From Macrostomum lignano (lineage: Eukaryota): a stretch of DNA of 30,347 bases. The position numbers were made by a program, and so were the translations under genes. Shown one piece after another: positions 25,168 through 30,347 of this stretch. Location: contig NIVC01004066.1 in assembly GCA_002269645.1 (NCBI GenBank), forward strand, positions 31,632-61,978, read 5' to 3'. The notes below the pieces were generated by a model. The model worked only from the letters and a program-made list of their open reading frames with translations. It had not been told where the DNA came from and did not search any database. Positions within the stretch are counted from its first letter, which is position 1. Every line of letters starts with the position of its first letter.

Positions 25168-26484
25168 CACAGAGAGAGTGTGTGACAATCCTGATCCTAG
25201 ACAAGTAATGGTAGTTATGCTGTTGTCCAGGCCGTAGTGCACCTACTCCATAGTACAAATATAACATTAATGCTGTTCTGTCTTTTCTGTAAAACGATGA
25301 AATGATTGTGCATCAATTTTCCCATGTTATTCCTAACCGAAACGAGCCATAGTTTGCTCAATCTTGTTGATTGAATTTCGCATTGGGCAGAGAAAATAAG
25401 GCACCGAAAATTTCATAGTTGATTAAGCCTTCGGGCCGGGATTTGGGCTAATGAACTTCGCACAGTTGCTGGCAGCAACTTCAATTGTAGATTGAGTCGA
25501 TTTGAGCTCAAACACATCAACAAACGCATCAAAGGTCATAATTACTACCTTATGAATAGTATATCGATGGAGGCCAGCTGCATCTGCATCACTCACTCCT
25601 TAATGTTTTGCACTTAAGCTAAACTTAGGTTTTCGGAGGAGAGCTTATGGCTACACTTAATGAAGTACATAAGCTAATTTAAAAAAATAAAGGCAGCTGA
25701 AATAACTTTGATAAGTTTAGAAGCCCAAGCTTGCAGGCGTAAACAACTTGCTAATTGGTTCAGCAATAATGTAAATTAGCCAGTCCACTGAAATGTACAT
25801 GGCAGCTTTAGGCTGGAATTCCGAGAAAGACAATAAAAATTTGGGCTGGGCGGGGGGTAGTGTGGAAAGGCGCGGTTGGAGGGTTTCAAGCTGGGGGTAA
25901 AAGCCAATAAATAAGTATTGCCTTTAAAATGCATTAAAATGCTTCCAATTTCAAACTTACACTACTGAACTGAAAGTAGCTTGCACGCGAATGTGCTAAG
26001 TGGCCCATCTAGTTATTCTGGTATCTAGTATCGACAGATCGATAAGTTAGAAATATACGAATGCAACTAATATACCTAAAATTTTCTTGATACTTTACTT
26101 ACAGTACAAGTAGCAGAATATTACATGTATAAAAGTAATTATAATAAACTTTTATTTAACAATACTAGTCGTAAAATGTACATGAAAAATACGTAAAATA
26201 TATAATCGTATATAAAGCGTATCGATATAATACGCTCGTATGTTAAATCCATGCACAATCCTAATACTCGTAAAACTAAGTTCTTAGTCGAGACACAACA
26301 AAAATCTCCAGATTACTTCGTTTCTTAGAAATTCGGAACATAAATAGTGATAGATAGTTTTCTATTGTAAGCAATTCGAAAGCTCAGCTTTATTTATAAA
26401 AAAGAATCAGATTTACATAAATTACTATAAAAAGTCGGATAAATATTGTACATGGATTATATAAAAGTAATCAAATAATTAACC

Positions 26485-26775
26485 AACGGAACCCTCTCGG
26501 GTCATGGCTGTTTTGCCAGGCATCGCTATCTCCAGGAAAATCCGTAGTGAGGAATGCCGGCCCTTTCTGTCTCTCTGGTGTCGGGAATGCGGAGCACTTC
26601 ATCTGTAAATGCCCCGCATTTACTCAAGACAGGCTCGCCTACCTCATCTCCCGAAACCTGGGCCTTTCCCACGTTTTCAGGCCCAAGAACCTCTGCCAGC
26701 TAGTCCGCAATCTAAGGGCCACAGGGCGAGCGACCATCCACCTTCTGGACTCTCCGGAGGGGACCGCTCTGAGGA
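26485..26775 (+). mobile_element. Non-LTR retrotransposon 3' ORF fragment (CCHC knuckle), same superfamily as 27600-29535
   Basis: LSGHGCFARHRYLQ, frameshift, then PFCLSGVGNAEHFICKCPAF parallels GCFSRHRFLQ...CPFCRSGSENAEHFICHCPVF on the minus strand at 28750-28870. Confidence 0.8.
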
Positions 26776-26789
26776 CACCGGCACCACCG

Positions 26790-27290
26790 GATCTCCCTGC
26801 GTGACAACGCAGCACCAGCTGCCCGTGGTCGCCAGGGGTTTGCGGAATGAGCGAAGACGCGCCATCGCTGTATCCGGATGCCCGGAGCCCCTTGCAGCTG
26901 AGTCAAAGTAAGTCATGTCAACATCGGAACGCAGAGCACTGCGGTCTTCTGCGTTTTGACCACCAAGCTGACACTCTCAGCAAAAGCGACCAGCCTGTCC
27001 AACTGTCGCTGGGCACCCTCGACAGTCGAGGACAGCAGGGCGAGATAATCGGCGTAGCCAAGCAAACTGAGCCACCTCTCCGGTTGTCGTCGACCCACGC
27101 GTCACCGCCGCAGAAAGCTGTCGTCGTTGGTGGAAAAAGAGCCATTCCAGTTAAGCATCCGCAGCACCCAGTTAAGCACGAGAACGAACAGAAAATTCGT
27201 GAGCGCATCTCTCTGGAGCACTCCAGAGGAATCTCGAAAGAGTCCGACAAACCGTTAAAAAGTACTTCAATAAGTTTAGGGCAATGCCCT
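26790..27290 (-). mobile_element. Decayed reverse transcriptase fragment of an RTE-like non-LTR retrotransposon
   Basis: Frameshifted SDSFEI/SGVLQRDALTNFLFVLVLNWVLR (cf. GVLQGD.L.PFLF...DW.LR) and LGYADYLALLSSTVEGAQRQLDRLVAFAESVSLVVKTQKT (degenerate YADD motif). Confidence 0.8.
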
Positions 27291-27599
27291 TTATCTTAAG
27301 CGAAATAACAATGAGAAGCTTTCTTCGTTTTAGACTCGCTTAGTTATGCGTCAATAATGAATGATCATTGGGGTTAGTTTACCATTGTGCAGTTTTTCCG
27401 TTCATTAGATATCAGATCCTCGTGCACCCGTTTCAACGCAATCAGTAATTGCATTGCCGAACCTGCACTCGCCCACCAATAGGCAGAACTTCTTTCTTCA
27501 GTCCAGTCCATAATTGTATGCCTCATGGAAAGATGGAGAAAATTTTATTTAAGCCAAATTAGCTCGTATGCCAAACGTAAATAGCAAGGAGGCGGAGGA

Positions 27600-29535
27600 G
27601 ACCGCCCATTTCGCTAGCCTTTGGCGACCAATGACTTCCATCGAAGTGATGTCGCTCAGGGGGACCCGTCGGTCTCGCCTGCTGAAGAGTTTAAGAGTGG
27701 TGATCAGTCACTCAAAAACTCCCACTTCTAGACACTGGAGAACAAGTGCCTAGGTATTTACCAGTTCAAATAACTTACTGCGGTGGATCCTCTTGTGGTT
27801 GGTAGACTTCTGGTTCTTGCGGTGTGTGTGACTCTGTCTAACTTGGCTGAGCAGTAGTGACGGCCGATTTGGAGTAGTCTTCTTGAGTCCTTGACTTTTA
27901 TCTGTGGGTCGACCAAAACGAGAGCGAATCAGAATTCTTGTGACGGTCCTCGAGCTCGGAATTAACAATAGAACGTGCGCCCTAATGAACAATTGAATTC
28001 TGTGATAGGTCCTCCTGAAGGGCGGCTTCTTCGTTACGTCCGAAACGTGACGGATAACTCAATTAAATCAATAAATCCTCTAGGAATATATCCTAGGCAA
28101 TAAGGAGGCCTTTTTCAACTGTGTCGACAATAAACAGCTCTCTTAAACTCAATGAATCAACTTATTAACGCTAACAATAAAAGAACTGAAACCAGTAAAC
28201 GCTTACCAATTGGACAGGTGTGGTCCCTCAGAGATTGGTCTTCCTGTTTCTTCGGAGTCTTCTTAGAGACCGCTCTGAGTCTGAATTTTTTACTCAAATT
28301 TTCACTTATATTTATAGCAAAATTTTGGAGAAAAACCGGTTTGGGATTGGGTATTTACTTAGGTCAAAAATGTTTAATTAAGCTTTCATGCATGTTTGAG
28401 CATTACCATATATAAGCAAATACAGCTGTTGGAATCCGGTTCCTTGATCAAACAATGTAGGGTTCTAAATCATTCTGTTTGCGCGTGATTCCTAAAAATA
28501 GATATGTCTCATTCTAGAATAAATTGACTTTCCTAGAATATTACTTTAAGTAGAGCATTACGGTATGGTTTAATAACTCTCTACACTGCTGCGCGGTCCT
28601 CCTCACCCGCGGTGGGGAAGAAATCAGCTCGTCTCGTGTCCCTGAGGTACCGGGCGATCGGCGGTATGCTCTCAGGCATGCAAACGTCGGAGAGAACCGG
28701 GTTTGGCCCGAGGTGAGTGAGCCTGCCCCCCCTGGGGAAAACTGGGCAGTGGCAGATAAAGTGCTCGGCGTTTTCACTGCCTGAGCGGCAGAAGGGGCAC
28801 CGCTTCTCAGGTACCTGGCCCTGAAGGAAGCGGTGACGAGAGAAGCAGCCTACGCAGTAGGGCTCTACGCAGGAGGGGGAGGGACAGGGGACGGCAGTAC
28901 GGGATTGCCTGCAATTCCAAGTGTCGTAACACCTGCGGAGATGCTCGGAATCAGCCCAGCGCTTAACACGGGAGTTGATCACCGAGGCGGGGATGGGGCC
29001 CCTGGGCCCGGCCCCAGCAGCGCGCCGGCGGAGCCAGCCTTGGCCAGCAGGTCGGCGCGCTCGTTGCCGAGGAAACCAGCAGATCCATCTGAGCTCCACC
29101 TGGTTGCCTAGCGCAAGCCCGTTGAGCTGGGCGTTGCAGTCCAAGGCAGATCTGGAGCTGGTGGTGCTGCGGCAGAGGGCCCGAAGGGCTGCCTGGCTTT
29201 CAGAGTGAAATATATATTTCCGACAGCTGAGCTGCCTTCGGCGCAGCTCTGCCGCGCAGGAGCTGATGGCAAGCATCTCGCTCCGAAAAACACTGAAGTT
29301 GAGTCCAGTTGTGCTGGGAGTAGCTCCACACCGCTTCTCCCTTGAAGAAGATGCATGCTCCGAAACCTGGAAGACCATGCCTCATTGAGCCGTCAGTGTA
29401 ACAGTGGACTTCAGAATCGCTCCAGCTGTCACTCGCCTCGTGTCGAGGCTGAATGGTGACCTTATACCTCTGGCTCAAGAGAAGGGTGGCTGAGATCGAG
29501 TCCGTGAGGATGTTGCGCCCGCAATCAGCAAACAT
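27600..29535 (-). mobile_element. 5'-truncated non-LTR retrotransposon (I/R1/Tad/Loa-type) with RNase H, CCHC knuckle and 3' UTR, interrupted by an insertion at 27683-28585
   Basis: CYTDGS...GFGA, frameshift, then SVFRSEMLAI...IFHSESQAALRAL...CNAQLNGLALGNQVELRW is a non-LTR RNase H. CPFC...AEHFICHCP is the knuckle. The 3' UTR resumes left of the insertion and matches the copy at 12430-12600. Confidence 0.85.
27683..28585. mobile_element. Solo LTR-like insertion (903 bp, TG...CA ends, 4-bp TSD CTGC)
   Basis: [CTGC 27679-27682] TGAAGAGTT...AACTCTCTACA [CTGC 28586-28589]. Removing the insert and one TSD restores GGTCTCGCCTGCTGCGCGG, matching the uninterrupted copy GGTCTCGCCTGCAGCGCGG near 12572. 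Non-coding, with imperfect terminal inverted repeats. Confidence 0.75.
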
Positions 29536-30347
29536 TGTTTTTGAATTACTCTAATGAGTAGGCCAATTTAGCGAATGCAAGATTTACTGACTGTATGAGC
29601 AGATAAGAAGTTCCATCAATGTAGCTCGTACAATCGCACAAAGCATTTTAACTAGAAAGTGCAGAATGCTTGATGCAAGGACTACTCAAGTAGAAGGACG
29701 GGAAACTATGTCTCCTGGAAAATTTTACAAGGCAGGTTTCTTTTCGAAAAAATACATTTCGGAGAATGAAGGTTTTCATTTTTTCAGCACAAAAATTGTT
29801 ATTGCTTTTGATAGGAGGCAGACCCAATGTTCATCTTTTGAAATGTTGTGCCTTTCTTATAGCTCTATCGATATTCATAAAGCTTTTTGCTTAGAAAATA
29901 AAGTTTCTGTGTCCTGTATGCAAAATTATAAAAATGCATGGCACGGCTCGACTCATTGGTTTTGTGAATCAAATTGTTTTTCTGCTACACAGTCAGCTAA
30001 TAATGATAAATCGATTCATGAAACCAATGAGCCGAGCCGTGCCATTTTTATGCTTTTTAGGCGCAGAACATATACGAGTAAAACAAACTTAGTCAACAGG
30101 AACAGGCTAAGCCAGAGTCCATGCAATTAAAATACATATGCATATGCATATGATAAATAGAATGGAACAGATAAAGTCTGTTTTGAATATACCCAAGTAC
30201 CAGCCTACAATATCTTAAATATAGCTTTCTCCAAACATTTACTTTTTGCTGATAGACATGTTCTTAACCTGATTTGTTGCGAACACAGGGCAAATTTCCG
30301 GCAGAAATTATGTTGACAAAATTGAAGAAACGGCTGTCGGATTTTAT

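Noticed and set aside
29666-30130. 154-aa AT-rich ORF
   Set aside because: Composition matches intergenic DNA; no motif or splice support.

Overview
Eukaryotic (animal) genomic DNA with spliceosomal introns. GC-rich Ala/Gln-rich exons, polyQ and satellite-filled introns suggest a free-living flatworm such as Macrostomum (inference, not proven). Three protein-coding genes lie on the + strand. (1) An 8-exon gene (about 1689-10042, 565 aa in my model) that I assembled by hand from phase-compatible GT-AG splice sites. It encodes C2-PDZ-polyQ-PH, the non-catalytic scaffold shared by long vertebrate RGS3 isoforms and protostome PsGEF, but it stops right after the PH domain with neither an RGS nor a DH domain. 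(2) An uninterrupted 4752-bp ORF (13069-17820, 1583 aa) for a VLIG/GVIN1/URGCP-family very large GTPase with a degenerate N-terminal P-loop-like module and a Cys/His-rich C-terminus. (3) A 3-exon LHFPL6-like tetraspan protein (19107-25167, 285 aa). The window also holds an antisense intronic tRNA-Ala(AGC), a tRNA-derived SINE with a predicted pseudoknot, several decayed non-LTR retrotransposon fragments (one split by a 903-bp TG...CA solo-LTR-like insert with a 4-bp TSD), and many tandem arrays, some built from splice-signal-like motifs. All homology calls come from motif recognition by eye; no searches were run.
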